IMG/VR virus record: IMGVR_UViG_2706794694_000015
Length of the DNA stretch: 44,174 nucleotides
Origin: a virus
Lineage: Duplodnaviria; Heunggongvirae; Uroviricota; Caudoviricetes
Direction: 5' to 3' (one strand)
The position numbers and the translations under genes were made by a program. Below are positions 27,902-38,412 of this stretch, in pieces. The first letter of the stretch is position 1. The number at the start of each line of letters is the position of its first letter. Under the pieces are notes generated by a model. It did not search any database. It saw only the letters and a program-made list of their open reading frames with translations, and had not been told where the DNA came from.

Positions 27902-28997
27902 ACGGCTGCGTGATGAATCAATTGCTCATGCAGTCTGGATATCCCGCTATAGCACTGGCGTGGCTGCCAGAATGGTGAAAATACTGAATGACAGCGATGC
28001 GGAACTTACTGCTCGCCTGCTGATAGCACTGGACAGCCTCGATCCAGGTAGTTTTACCGTTAAGCGCCTGGAGTCACTTCTGGCGAGCGTCAGAGAGGTT
28101 AACCGCACTGCTATTAACAGCATGTTTACCAGTCTCTCCGGAGAGCTGAACGAGCTGGCAATTTATGAGGCTGGTTATCAGTTAAGTCTGTTTGATTCTA
28201 TGCTACCTGATTTTGTTGCTGATGTTCACCCTCTGGTTGGTATCTCTCCTGATGCACTTTATGCCGCTGCAATGGCGCGACCATTCCAGGGACGACTGCT
28301 CAGTGAGTGGGCCTCAGATCTTGAGGCGGATCGGCTCAGACGCATAACAAATACAGTGCGTCAGGGTTTTTTGCTGGGGGATACCAATGAGCAGATCGCA
28401 AGAAAAATTCGGGGACATGTCAGTAAGGGATTTCAGGATGGTGCATTGCAGATGAGCCGGGCTAATGCGGCCAGCATTGCAAAAACAGCGGTTGGACATC
28501 TTGCTGCTACTGCCCGTGAGAGTTTTGCCAGCGCGAATAATGATTTGATTAAGGGTAAGCAATGGTTATCAACGCTTGATAATCGTACTACGCCACAATG
28601 TCGAATCAGGGATCGCCTCAAATATACGCTGAATAATAAACCTGTAGGTCACAGCGTGCCTTATTTGCAGGGGCCGGGAAAAATTCATTTCTGCTGCCGC
28701 TCAACGGAAACGTTCATTCTGAAATCAGCGAAGGAACTGGGTATTGATGTTCGCGATATTTCCCCGGCTGAGCGGGCCAGCATGGATGGCGTGGTGGCCG
28801 GAGATACAACCTACAGGGAATGGTTTTTGCGTCAGCCTTACACCAGACAAAAACAGATTGTGGGGGAAAGCCGAGCAAAGCTGATTCGGGATGGTGGTAT
28901 GTCGCCAGATGAATTTTACACCGATAAAGGCGAATGGCTGACGCTGAAGCAGCTCCGTGAGCGTGATGCACAGGTATTCAGAAAAGCAGGGATTTAA
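27882..28997 (+). CDS. Head morphogenesis / minor capsid protein (SPP1 gp7 / Mu F-like), 371 aa
   Basis: Position after portal with overlapping start; assignment by synteny. Confidence 0.6.
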   Translation: MMQTVNERLRDESIAHAVWISRYSTGVAARMVKILNDSDAELTARLLIALDSLDPGSFTVKRLESLLASVREVNRTAINSMFTSLSGELNELAIYEAGYQLSLFDSMLPDFVADVHPLVGISPDALYAAAMARPFQGRLLSEWASDLEADRLRRITNTVRQGFLLGDTNEQIARKIRGHVSKGFQDGALQMSRANAASIAKTAVGHLAATARESFASANNDLIKGKQWLSTLDNRTTPQCRIRDRLKYTLNNKPVGHSVPYLQGPGKIHFCCRSTETFILKSAKELGIDVRDISPAERASMDGVVAGDTTYREWFLRQPYTRQKQIVGESRAKLIRDGGMSPDEFYTDKGEWLTLKQLRERDAQVFRKAGI

Positions 28998-29016
28998 ATA
29001 AATCATTTATTACAAC

Positions 29017-29042
29017 AGGCTACCTTCGGGTGGCCTTTTTTA
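29017..29042 (+). terminator. Intrinsic terminator-like hairpin with UUCG tetraloop between head morphogenesis and scaffold genes
   Basis: AGGCTACC-TTCG-GGTGGCCT followed by TTTTTTATT. Confidence 0.5.
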
Positions 29043-29101
29043 TTGCTGCGATCCGGATGGTGAGCAGCGTAACTGTCGGAAGACTTAAACCAGGTACTAA
29101 T

Positions 29102-29866
29102 ATGAAACTGAAAACGGTCGAGATTAACGGAAAACAATACGCAGAAATTGATACTGCTGGCCTGCCAGTTTATGTGCACGACGATGGTAAAGAAATTGGC
29201 TTCGATGCACCGCTGGCGACAAAAAAAATTACAGAGCTTAATGGCGAGGCAAAAAATCATCGCCTGGCTAAAGAAGCTGCAGAGGAAAAACTGGCTAAGT
29301 TTGCCGCTATCGAAGACCCGAAGAAGGCGATCGAGGCACTGGAAATGCTGTCAAAAATCGACCAGAAAAAGCTGCTCGATGCGGGACAGGTTGACCAGGT
29401 TAAGGCAGAAATTACGAAAAATTTTCAGCAGCAATTAGATGAAGAAAAGCAACGCTCTCAGATGCTGGAGAAGCAGCTTTACGATTCTATGATTGGCGGT
29501 AGTTTTGCGGGTTCAAAATATATTGCCGATAAAATTGCGATCCCGGCAGATTTATTACAAGCCCGCTTCGGGCAGGCATTCAAAGTGGAAGAAGGGAGGA
29601 TCGTTGCTTATGACGCTTCCGGCAACAAAATTTATTCCCGCGCGAAGCCTGGCGAACTGGCGCAGTTTGATGAGGCGCTGGAGTTCCTTGTCGAAAATTA
29701 CCCTCAGAAAGACTACATCCTGAAAGCCAGTGGCAACAATGGCGGCGGCTCCCGTCCGACACAGCATGATATTGGTCAGAAAACGATGAAACGCTCTGCT
29801 TTTGATGCACTGGATGTTGCAGGTAAGCAAAACGCATTGAAAGACGGTATCACAATCGTTGATTAA
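29102..29866 (+). CDS. Scaffolding-like protein, 254 aa from MKLKTVEINGKQYAEI...
   Basis: Track ORF 29030..29866; helical, charged, coiled-coil-like sequence directly upstream of the major capsid gene. Confidence 0.6.
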   Translation: MKLKTVEINGKQYAEIDTAGLPVYVHDDGKEIGFDAPLATKKITELNGEAKNHRLAKEAAEEKLAKFAAIEDPKKAIEALEMLSKIDQKKLLDAGQVDQVKAEITKNFQQQLDEEKQRSQMLEKQLYDSMIGGSFAGSKYIADKIAIPADLLQARFGQAFKVEEGRIVAYDASGNKIYSRAKPGELAQFDEALEFLVENYPQKDYILKASGNNGGGSRPTQHDIGQKTMKRSAFDALDVAGKQNALKDGITIVD

Positions 29867-29964
29867 CACATTTGTCAGCTTCCGGATGGGAGCTGGTGTC
29901 AGGGCTGGATAGCTCATTACTCCATCTATTCACAATTACGCAAATTTTTAAGGAATATTTAATT

Positions 29965-31104
29965 ATGGCTGGAAATACCCTGACCGGGTTGATCCCGACT
30001 ATTTATACCGCCCTGGATGTTGTATCCCGTGAGCAGGTAGGTTTTATCCCTGCGGTAGCAAAAAACGCAAAAGCTGACGCCGCAGCAAAAGATCAGACGG
30101 TAACCGCGCCAGTTGCGCCTGAGGCGAAAACCGAAGATATCGTACCGGGGCCGTCAGCTCCGAATACCGGTGATCAAAATATTGGCACTGTTGATGTAAA
30201 AATTACTAAATCCAAAATGGCACCGGTTAAATGGAATGGTGAAGAACAACTGGCTCTTGGCCCTTCAGGGACTTACAACACCATTCTGGCTGATCAGTTC
30301 AAGCAGGCTTTTCGCGCCCTTGCAAACGAGGTTGAGGCTGATCTTGGTGCGTTGTATTTCGGTGCTTCCCGCGCCGTGGGAACCGCAGGGACAACGCCGT
30401 TTGGTGTTAAAGATGATCTTTCTGATGCTGCTCTGGCTCGTCAGGTTCTGGAGGATAACGGCGCACCGACAACCGATCTGCAGATGGTGCTTGGCTCCAC
30501 TGCCATTGCTAATTTGCGCGGAAAACAGTCTGTATTGTTTAAAGTGAATGAATCCGGCACTGAACAGCTACTGCGTGAGGGCGTGTTGGGGCGTCTGGAG
30601 GGATTCAATATTCACAGTTCGGCAGGTGTGAAACGAGCGCCAAAGGTTGCTGCAACTGGTTATCTCGTGAATGGAGAGAAAAAAGAAGGCGATGTTCTTA
30701 TTTCCATTGATACTGGTTCGGGGAGTATTTCTGCAGGTCAGATTGTTACGTTCGCTGGTGATCCGAATCAGTATGTTGTGGCAGCAGCGACCAGCAATCT
30801 GATTACTCTTGCAGCGCCCGGACTGCGTCAGGATCTGGCCGATGATACTGCCATCACAGTTGTTGGGGCCTTTACTGCAAATATGGCGTTTGATCGCAAC
30901 GCGTTTCTGCTGGCATCCCGTACTCCGGCAATGCCGGAAGGTGGCGATAATGCTGATGATGTAATGAATGTTACGGACCCGATTTCAGGGATTACGTTCC
31001 AGATTGCACTGTATCGTCAGTATCGCCAGGTGCGCTATGAAGTTGGACTGGCATGGGGTGTTTCATCAGTGAAGCCGGCACATGGTTGTCTGATTCTTGG
31101 TTAA
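29965..31104 (+). CDS. Major capsid protein, 379 aa from MAGNTLTGLIPTIY...
   Basis: Track ORF 29872..31104; ATG at 29965 behind AAGGAA; position after scaffold. Confidence 0.75.
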   Translation: MAGNTLTGLIPTIYTALDVVSREQVGFIPAVAKNAKADAAAKDQTVTAPVAPEAKTEDIVPGPSAPNTGDQNIGTVDVKITKSKMAPVKWNGEEQLALGPSGTYNTILADQFKQAFRALANEVEADLGALYFGASRAVGTAGTTPFGVKDDLSDAALARQVLEDNGAPTTDLQMVLGSTAIANLRGKQSVLFKVNESGTEQLLREGVLGRLEGFNIHSSAGVKRAPKVAATGYLVNGEKKEGDVLISIDTGSGSISAGQIVTFAGDPNQYVVAAATSNLITLAAPGLRQDLADDTAITVVGAFTANMAFDRNAFLLASRTPAMPEGGDNADDVMNVTDPISGITFQIALYRQYRQVRYEVGLAWGVSSVKPAHGCLILG

Positions 31105-31145
31105 ACATTCAAACGGGGCTTCGGCCCCATTTTTAATGGGGGGCA

Positions 31146-31323
31146 TATGGCCGGATTAACTAAAGAGCAAAGAGCACAGCGTGAAGCCGCACAAAAAACG
31201 CAAATTGAGTTAGTGGTTATGGTGACCGATTATCAGATGTTTCCCGGCGCACCAACTATCGCTAATGTTCATCCTGATGAAGTTGACAACTGGAAGGCTA
31301 TGGGCTGGAAAACTCAGGAGTAA
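31146..31323 (+). CDS. Possible small head protein of about 58 aa (MAGLTKEQRAQREAAQKTQIELVVMVTDYQMFPGAPTIANVHPDEVDNWKAMGWKTQE)
   Basis: Hand-translated ORF below track threshold, preceded by GGGGGG; fills the gap between capsid and connector genes; ends may be off by 1 nt. Confidence 0.35.
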
Positions 31324-31326
31324 CAC

Positions 31327-31722
31327 ATGATCACTTACGTGACCTGTGATGACGTTGATAATGCGTTTGGGAACGCCTGGACGAGTGAGAACGCTAAAAA
31401 TAAAGCTGTTTTAATGGCTAATGCCTGGCTTAATGGCTTCAACCTGAAAATTAACCCATCCCGTATTCCGGAAGAGGTAAAACTTGCGGGAGCATATGCA
31501 GCCAGAATTGCCTCATTCGGTAAGTTGTTTCAGCAGAAAAATGATTCTGGCGTTGTTATCAGTAAAGCCGTGTCGGCTGACGGGGTCAGTGTATCGAAAT
31601 CATTTTCTGAGTTGCCAGCAAACAGCACTGCATTGCTTGAACCCGATTTACAGCTTGCGATAGCACTGCTGAAACCGTACGGACTTAGTCGCTCACAAGT
31701 CAGGGTTGTGAGGGGGGGATAA
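31327..31722 (+). CDS. Head-tail connector / DNA-packaging (gp6-like) protein, 131 aa
   Basis: Small ORF in tightly coupled series between capsid and tail genes. Confidence 0.55.
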   Translation: MITYVTCDDVDNAFGNAWTSENAKNKAVLMANAWLNGFNLKINPSRIPEEVKLAGAYAARIASFGKLFQQKNDSGVVISKAVSADGVSVSKSFSELPANSTALLEPDLQLAIALLKPYGLSRSQVRVVRGG

Positions 31723-32105
31723 TGGGGCTTCGTGAAGAGATTCAGTCAGAGGTTGCCGCTGCTTTTGATGAGGATTTAGCGGACGCCGTGAGTGATTTTT
31801 CTGGTTCTTACGTTACGCACCGGCACTGGGATCCTGTGACGGAAACTGGCGGCGAATCAACCGCAATCTATACCGGGCGAGGCGTGTTGACACGTTATAA
31901 GCTGGGCAGAATTGATGGGATTAATATTTTGCATGGTGACCTTAAATTAACCGCTCTGGTATGCGAGGTTACGGATAAACCAGCTGTCGACCATATTATT
32001 GAGATTTATGATCCTGTATCAAGGCAGTTACAACGATACGAGGTAATTACAGCAAGTGTAGATCCTTCCGCATCAGTTTACTCTATCCAGTTAAGGAGAG
32101 CGTAA
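31722..32105 (+). CDS. Head-tail joining protein, 127 aa
   Basis: Start/stop coupled small ORF in the head-tail module. Confidence 0.5.
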   Translation: MGLREEIQSEVAAAFDEDLADAVSDFSGSYVTHRHWDPVTETGGESTAIYTGRGVLTRYKLGRIDGINILHGDLKLTALVCEVTDKPAVDHIIEIYDPVSRQLQRYEVITASVDPSASVYSIQLRRA

Positions 32106-32486
32106 ATGGCAAAGGCATGGGATATAGAACCGTCAATATTTGCCGGGATGATTGAGGAAGATGTAGGGCTGAAGATTCGCTACATCGCTATGCAGATTCT
32201 TACTGCTATTGATATTGCTGCTCCGGTTGATACCGGACGTTTCAGAAATAACAACCTGGTGTCGTTACAGCATCCCGATTTTGGTATATCTGATAACGTG
32301 GATCCGAACGGTACGATTGCTGTTCAGCGTGGGATCGGGGTTATTTCGAAAGCTGCAAATTACGGGGTTATTTATATCCAGAATAACCTTCCTTATGCAG
32401 AGGCTCTTGAAAACGGTCATTCACAACAAGCGCCAACTGGCGTGTATGCCAACGCTTTTCATGGTGTTTTACAGGCTTACAAATGA
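32106..32486 (+). CDS. Head-tail adaptor (HK97 gp10-like), 126 aa
   Basis: Start/stop coupled small ORF in the head-tail module. Confidence 0.5.
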   Translation: MAKAWDIEPSIFAGMIEEDVGLKIRYIAMQILTAIDIAAPVDTGRFRNNNLVSLQHPDFGISDNVDPNGTIAVQRGIGVISKAANYGVIYIQNNLPYAEALENGHSQQAPTGVYANAFHGVLQAYK

Positions 32487-32875
32487 AGTTTACTGAAATC
32501 AGAAATACGGTTATTTCCAGAATGACGGCACAGACGATTATTGATGGAAAAGACGTATTGTATCCGAACGGGCCAACGTTCGATCCTTCCGGTAAGTTAA
32601 TCTGGGCGCGGTTAAGTAATATTCCCGGGCAGGCTGGAGTTAATGAAATTGGCGCGGGGCCGGTTGTTTATCGCACGGGGATAATCATTATTCAGTTATT
32701 TGTCCCCGCAGGTTCTGGTTCAAAACTCATTACTGAGACAGCCGATAAATTGCGGGAACTGTTTGAGTTTCAGGATGACGATCGTCTCAGTTACCAGGCT
32801 GTTTCCTCAATAGCCGTTGGCGAAAAGAATGGCTGGTTCCAGCTTAATCTTCAAATTCCATATCGCGCGCTCTAG
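32483..32875 (+). CDS. Tail terminator / tail completion protein (U-like), 130 aa
   Basis: Position immediately upstream of the major tail protein gene. Confidence 0.5.
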   Translation: MKFTEIRNTVISRMTAQTIIDGKDVLYPNGPTFDPSGKLIWARLSNIPGQAGVNEIGAGPVVYRTGIIIIQLFVPAGSGSKLITETADKLRELFEFQDDDRLSYQAVSSIAVGEKNGWFQLNLQIPYRAL

Positions 32876-32901
32876 CGCAATTAATGACATAGGAGGCTCC
32901 T

Positions 32902-33864
32902 GTGAGTTCAGGTGCAAAGGTTATCTCGGCATTTATCCGGGAGACGGTTGCAGGCACTACGCCAGCAAGTGGTGACTGGAGTTTATTAAAACGCACAAGC
33001 TGGGGAGTAAAACCCACCCAGAATAAAGGCGAAAATAATGAGATTGGTGGCTCCCGGATGGCTCAGGGGGCGACGCCTGGCACTGTGGATGTCGGCGGTG
33101 ATGTTGGTACCAAATTTCGCTGGGGTCAACATGATGATTTTCTTGCATCCTGTTTCGGCGCGGAATGGTCAGGCGATTCTCTGACAATGGGGAATGAGCG
33201 AATAACATTTTCTCTGGCGACCTATGCGTCCGATGTCGGAATTGCCTCTGTCGTCAGAGGAGCGCAGGTTGGCTCATGGAAAATGCAGATCCCTAACGAC
33301 GGCGATATTACAGCGACCGTAACCTTTGCCGGACTGGACTGGGAATCAAAGGCCGATGATACGAATTTTATCAAAGGCGAACCTGTGGATAGTGCAGGAA
33401 AGCTACGTTATTCGTTTAAGGAGGTTTCAGCAGTAAGCCTGAATGGTGTTGCCGGAGGTAACGGTTTTTGTATCGACAGTTTTGATATTCAGTTCGATAA
33501 CAAACTCCAGACACAGCGTTGTATCGGGACTGGCTCGCCTTATGCAGGAGCAAATATTCCGACTACTTTTACACCGTCCGGTACGGTGACGCTTTCATGG
33601 TCTAAAGCCGCGTGGGAAATCTGGAGTAAAACACTGACTGGAGAAACAGTTCCGTTCAGCTTCACGCTTTCGAATGGAGAGGGGGCATACACTTTCAGTT
33701 TCCCGAAGGTTCAGGTGTCAGGTGAATGGCCTGATGGGGGTAATAGCGACATTATCCAGGTTCAATTGAGCATTACCGCAGCAGATGAAGCACCTACGAT
33801 AACCAGAAAAAAAAATTCCCCGGCTGCCGTGATCGCAAAAGCCAGTGCTGAGGCGATTAGTTGA
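32902..33864 (+). CDS. Major tail tube protein (V-like, with C-terminal extension), 320 aa
   Basis: Position before the G/GT chaperone pair and tape measure. Confidence 0.7.
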   Translation: MSSGAKVISAFIRETVAGTTPASGDWSLLKRTSWGVKPTQNKGENNEIGGSRMAQGATPGTVDVGGDVGTKFRWGQHDDFLASCFGAEWSGDSLTMGNERITFSLATYASDVGIASVVRGAQVGSWKMQIPNDGDITATVTFAGLDWESKADDTNFIKGEPVDSAGKLRYSFKEVSAVSLNGVAGGNGFCIDSFDIQFDNKLQTQRCIGTGSPYAGANIPTTFTPSGTVTLSWSKAAWEIWSKTLTGETVPFSFTLSNGEGAYTFSFPKVQVSGEWPDGGNSDIIQVQLSITAADEAPTITRKKNSPAAVIAKASAEAIS

Positions 33865-33912
33865 TTTTCCGTTATTCCTCCTGTGGTACTGCCCTACAGG
33901 GGGACGCATTGA

Positions 33913-34374
33913 ATGAGGTTATGGATGTTTATTCTTAATCAGAAAATTATCATTGGTGGAGAACGCTGGTTTACGCCAATGAAGGACTTAAAACCTGTAG
34001 ACGGGTTAAAACTGTTGGTGGCAAGCAGCGATAACGATCAGTATCGCTCCCGTAATGCATTAATCCGTCGCCACATTGAGAAAATGGATGCCAGTTTGCA
34101 CGTCGGAACGAAGGAGTTTGATATTTCAAAGGTTTCCGAGGTGGATTCTGTTGATGATTTACTCATTGATAATGCCGCTCGTTATCTGCTGAAAGACTGG
34201 AAAGGGGTTGGTGAACTGGTTAATGGTGTTGAGGTTGCACTGGAATATACGGCAGAACGAGGGATCGCGCTGCTTAAGCAGAATCCAGAGTTGTACTGGC
34301 AGATCCTTGCAGAAGCAGCCAGCATCGCCCAGGGTAAAGAGCAGCAGAAGCAGGATACGATAAAAAAGCCATAG
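33913..34374 (+). CDS. Tail assembly chaperone (lambda G-like), 153 aa
   Basis: ORF ending just after an A-AAA-AAG slippery heptamer; position between tail tube and tape measure. Confidence 0.75.
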   Translation: MRLWMFILNQKIIIGGERWFTPMKDLKPVDGLKLLVASSDNDQYRSRNALIRRHIEKMDASLHVGTKEFDISKVSEVDSVDDLLIDNAARYLLKDWKGVGELVNGVEVALEYTAERGIALLKQNPELYWQILAEAASIAQGKEQQKQDTIKKP

Positions 34375-34682
34375 CTGCCCAGCGGTGGTTATCGGAGTTC
34401 GGGGGAGAAAGGGGGGAAAAGGCAAGATGGAAGCGAGAAAAACTCAGGTTGCCACCGATACCGGAACCAGAAATAGACCCGGTGCTTAAGGAGTTGTTGT
34501 ACGCCTATTCGGTAATATCCCGTGCCCGACGTTATGCTGGAATGGCTGGGGTGCCTTTGCCTTTATCTCTGACAGAGATAAATGAATATTTAGCCACTCA
34601 TCCGGTATTGATTGAGCGCGATGAATTTGAAGCAGTGATCTTTGCACTGGATGACCAGTATTTTCAGGAGCAGTGTGTGTAG
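33913..34682 (+). CDS. Tail assembly chaperone G-T fusion made by programmed -1 frameshift at A-AAA-AAG (34362..34368)
   Basis: Slippery heptamer in correct register 4 nt before the G stop (34372..34374); the -1 frame is open from there to the stop at 34680..34682. Confidence 0.6.
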
Positions 34683-34802
34683 TTGTTAATTACGTACACT
34701 CTGTTACAGAGATGTGATGGTGTCTTTAATTAAATCGATGATGCTCCTGGAGAAAAGCATTGCGTGGCCTCGTAATCGCTATATCTACTATTATGTCGCC
34801 TG

Positions 34803-34826
34803 AAACCCACTTCGCGGTGGGTTTTT
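34803..34826 (+). terminator. Terminator-like hairpin in the 165-bp gap between the G-T region and the tape measure gene
   Basis: AACCCAC-TTCGCG-GTGGGTT followed by TTTTTT. Confidence 0.4.
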
Positions 34827-34847
34827 TGTTGTCAGGAGTTTTAATAA

Positions 34848-37800
34848 ATGGCAGAGCAAACCTCGCGTCTCGCAATAATTATTGATAGCACTGGAGCGAA
34901 AAATAATGCTGACAATCTGACCTCCTCATTAGTCAAAATGACGCAGGCTGGGGAAACTGCTGCAAATAGCGCAGGGAAAGTGACTAAGGCAACAGAAGAT
35001 GAGAAGAACGCGCTCGCAAAATTAAAAGCAGCTATTGATCCAGTTGGTGCCGCAATTGATACTGTCGGTCGACGCTATTCTGAATTAAAGAAATTTTTCG
35101 ATAAAGGGCTTATTGATAAAGAAGAATATGAATTTCTTGTCCGTAAACTTAATGAAACCACAGAGGAATTGAGCGGGGTTGCGCAAGCGCAGAGAGAAGC
35201 CGAGAAGGCCGGAAAACTTGCTGCCGCCCAGCAGGAAGCGCAGGCTCAGGCCTTTCAAAGAATGCTGGACAAGATCGACCCTCTGGCTGCGGCGCTAAGA
35301 AATCTTGAACAACAGCATGATGAACTTAATGCTGCGTTTGCATCCGGGAAAATAAATGGTTCTCAGTTTGAGAATTATAGCCGAAAAATACAGGAAACAC
35401 GGCGAGAGCTTACCGGAGAGGCTCAGGCAGAGCGAGAAGCAGCAAAAGCGCATGATGAACAGGTTGTTGCTTTGCAACGTCTGATTGCTCAACTTGATCC
35501 TGTCGGAACTGCTTTTAATCGTCTGGTAGAACAACAGAAACAGCTCAATGAAGCAAAAGCTAAGGGGATGCTTTCTCCTGAAATGTATGAGGAGCTTTCT
35601 GGAAAACTTCGTGCTATGCGGAGTGAGCTTGAGGTTACTCAATCACAATTAAGCAAAACCGGAATGTCGGCAAAACAAACGGCTTTTGCTATGCGCATGT
35701 TGCCTGTACAAATGACGGATATTGTTGTTGGGTTGTCCACTGGTCAGTCGCCATTTATGGTGTTAATGCAGCAGGGCGGCCAGCTAAAAGATATGTTCGG
35801 TGGGATTGGCCCGGCGATCAAAGGTGTAGGTTCTTATGTGCTGGGATTAATTAATCCTTTTACCCTGGCCGCAGCAGCCGTTGGGGTCTTAGGACTGGCT
35901 TACTATAAAGGCTCTCAGGAGCAGGACGAATTTAATAAATCTCTTATTCTTACCGGAAATCAGTTGGGGACAACCAGCGGGCAATTGGGCGATATAGCTC
36001 AACGTGCCGGGAATGCGGCTGATTCGACAACTGGTGCTGCGGCGGCAGTATTAAATCAGCTTGTGCGTTCGGGAAAGGTAGCGAGCAGTTCGCTGGAGCA
36101 AGTGACGACAGCGATAGTAAAAACGAGCGAAGTAACAGGAATATCAACCGAACAACTGGTTAATGACTTCAATGAAATTGCAAAGGATCCTGTCAGTGCC
36201 ATATCAAAACTTAATGATCAGTACCATTTTCTGACACTTGCGACTTATAACCAGATTAAGGCGCTACAGGATGAAGGGAACCAGCAGGAGGCCGCCCGCA
36301 TTGCGACAGAAGAATACTCATCCTCAATGATCCAGCGCACCAACCAGATTAAAGAAAATCTTGGTTATCTTGAGACTGCATGGAAAGCTGTCGCAGACTC
36401 CGCAAAATGGGCATGGGATTCCATGCTGGATATTGGCCGTGAGGCCTCCCTTGATCAAAAAATCTCAGATGTTCTCCGTCAAATTGATGAAATAGAAAAA
36501 AATACCCGACCCGGAGTTTTCGGGTTAGGTGGCATTGGAGATGGCGGAGCTCAAAATAAAAGGCTGGCACGATTAAAGCAGCAATTGGGCGTACTTCAAG
36601 CAGAAAAAATTGCTCAGGACGTACTAAATTCATCAATAAACGATTACAACAAGCGACAACAGGAAGGAATTGAACTCAGACAGAGAGCAGATGCCTTTTC
36701 AAAACAATATCAGACCCGGGAGCAGCAGAGAGCTAGTGAACTTGCAAAACTGGAAAAGCTAAAGAATCAGTATTCAAAGGAAGAATATAATAATCTTATC
36801 GCTCAAATAAATGAGCGTTATAAAGATCCAAAGCAACCAAAGGCGAAAGGTTATTCTGATGATGCAGCCCAACGAATGATTGATCATCTGAATCAACAGA
36901 ATGCGTTACTAAGTTCACAAGCTGAGTTGACCGTTAAATTAAGTTCCTCTGAACAGGAACTGGTTAAGTGGCGTCAGCGGATTGCCGACCTAGAGTCACG
37001 ACCATCATCGAAATTAACCCAGGATCAGAAATCGCTTCTCTTACACCGGGAAGAAATAACCACGTTGATGGAGAAAAATGTTGCGATTGAAAAAAATAAC
37101 AGGCTAATCAAGGAATCCGCCGAAATAACAGCATGGCGTGATTCATTGCAGGCTTCGATTGATAATCGTCAGCAGGGGTATGATATTCAGATTGCTGGTT
37201 ATGGGGTTGGCGATAAAAATCAGCAACGCCAGCAGGAATTACTGCGGATTGAACATGGATATAACAATCAGCGTCTGCAACTTGAACGTGACTATGCAGA
37301 TAAATCCCGTGGAATGTCAGATCATGTTTTTCAAGAGAAAATGCAGGCTCTGAATGATGCTCTGGAACGGGAAAAAGAAATTGTCAGACAGAAAAACGAG
37401 CAGCTCGATATTCAGGCAGGAGACTGGGTTAGTGGTGCCTCCCAGGGATTCAATAACTGGCTGGATGACACTAAGGATATCAGTGAGCAGATAAAATCAA
37501 CCACGACTCAGATGTTTGATGGGATGACCGATGCGCTGGGTGATTTTGTCACGACAGGCAAGGCAAATTTTCGTTCTTTCGCTACTTCCGTGATTTCGGA
37601 TCTTAGTCGAATAGCATTAAAGGCTTCAATTACTGGGATTTTCGACAGCATTAGTAACAGTTCTTCTGGGGGGATTTTAGGAACTATCGGGAGTGCTATT
37701 AGTAAATTTATTCCGAATGCAAAGGGCGGTGTTTATGAGTCTCCGTCATTGAGCACGTATTCGAACGGTATTTATGATTCCCCGCAATTTTTTGCTTTTG

Positions 37801-38081
37801 CAAAAGGGGCTGGTGTTTTTGGTGAGGCTGGACCGGAAGCCATTATGCCATTAACACGAACTTCCGATGGTTCTCTTGGTGTCAGAGCTATTAATAGTAA
37901 AAGTGGTAATGGAGGCGGAGATATTACCTATGCCCCTGTATACCAAATCACTATTCAAAATGACGGCCAGAATGGAGAGATTGGCCCTCAGGCAATAAAA
38001 GCACTTATGGGGATGGTTGATCAGCGGGTGCAGGGCAATCTGTTAAATATGCGACGTGATGGGGGAATGTTAAGTGGCTAA
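34848..38081 (+). CDS. Tail tape measure protein (H-like), 1077 aa
   Basis: Very long, Ala/Gln-rich coiled-coil ORF following G/GT. Confidence 0.9.
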   Translation: MAEQTSRLAIIIDSTGAKNNADNLTSSLVKMTQAGETAANSAGKVTKATEDEKNALAKLKAAIDPVGAAIDTVGRRYSELKKFFDKGLIDKEEYEFLVRKLNETTEELSGVAQAQREAEKAGKLAAAQQEAQAQAFQRMLDKIDPLAAALRNLEQQHDELNAAFASGKINGSQFENYSRKIQETRRELTGEAQAEREAAKAHDEQVVALQRLIAQLDPVGTAFNRLVEQQKQLNEAKAKGMLSPEMYEELSGKLRAMRSELEVTQSQLSKTGMSAKQTAFAMRMLPVQMTDIVVGLSTGQSPFMVLMQQGGQLKDMFGGIGPAIKGVGSYVLGLINPFTLAAAAVGVLGLAYYKGSQEQDEFNKSLILTGNQLGTTSGQLGDIAQRAGNAADSTTGAAAAVLNQLVRSGKVASSSLEQVTTAIVKTSEVTGISTEQLVNDFNEIAKDPVSAISKLNDQYHFLTLATYNQIKALQDEGNQQEAARIATEEYSSSMIQRTNQIKENLGYLETAWKAVADSAKWAWDSMLDIGREASLDQKISDVLRQIDEIEKNTRPGVFGLGGIGDGGAQNKRLARLKQQLGVLQAEKIAQDVLNSSINDYNKRQQEGIELRQRADAFSKQYQTREQQRASELAKLEKLKNQYSKEEYNNLIAQINERYKDPKQPKAKGYSDDAAQRMIDHLNQQNALLSSQAELTVKLSSSEQELVKWRQRIADLESRPSSKLTQDQKSLLLHREEITTLMEKNVAIEKNNRLIKESAEITAWRDSLQASIDNRQQGYDIQIAGYGVGDKNQQRQQELLRIEHGYNNQRLQLERDYADKSRGMSDHVFQEKMQALNDALEREKEIVRQKNEQLDIQAGDWVSGASQGFNNWLDDTKDISEQIKSTTTQMFDGMTDALGDFVTTGKANFRSFATSVISDLSRIALKASITGIFDSISNSSSGGILGTIGSAISKFIPNAKGGVYESPSLSTYSNGIYDSPQFFAFAKGAGVFGEAGPEAIMPLTRTSDGSLGVRAINSKSGNGGGDITYAPVYQITIQNDGQNGEIGPQAIKALMGMVDQRVQGNLLNMRRDGGMLSG

Positions 38082-38412
38082 TACGGAAGAATTTCACTGG
38101 TTACCAGAGGATGGAATGAAAACAGAAAATAAACCATCGATAAAAACTGTAAGATTTGGTGATGGTTATGAGCAACGAAGTCCAAATGGACTTAATCATT
38201 CTCTGCGCGTTTTCACCTGTGATTTCAAAGTTGAGGCGAATGAACGTGATTCATTTGAAAAATTTTTAGCCCGGCATGAAGGCTATAAATCTTTTTTTTG
38301 GCGCCCGCCGGGTATTAACAGAAAAATCAGAGTGGTGTGTCGAACGTGGTCAGCGACAGAACATATCACCTATACCGATTTTTCGTGTCAGTTTGACGAA
38401 GTGGTGATCTGA
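38074..38412 (+). CDS. M: Minor tail protein M-like, 112 aa
   Basis: [12 protein letters not shown]...YKSFFWRPP resembles recalled lambda M; M-L-K-I-J synteny. Confidence 0.8.
   Translation: MANTEEFHWLPEDGMKTENKPSIKTVRFGDGYEQRSPNGLNHSLRVFTCDFKVEANERDSFEKFLARHEGYKSFFWRPPGINRKIRVVCRTWSATEHITYTDFSCQFDEVVI

Noticed and set aside
35295-35642. 115-aa minus-strand ORF
   Set aside because: Antisense to the tape measure gene.
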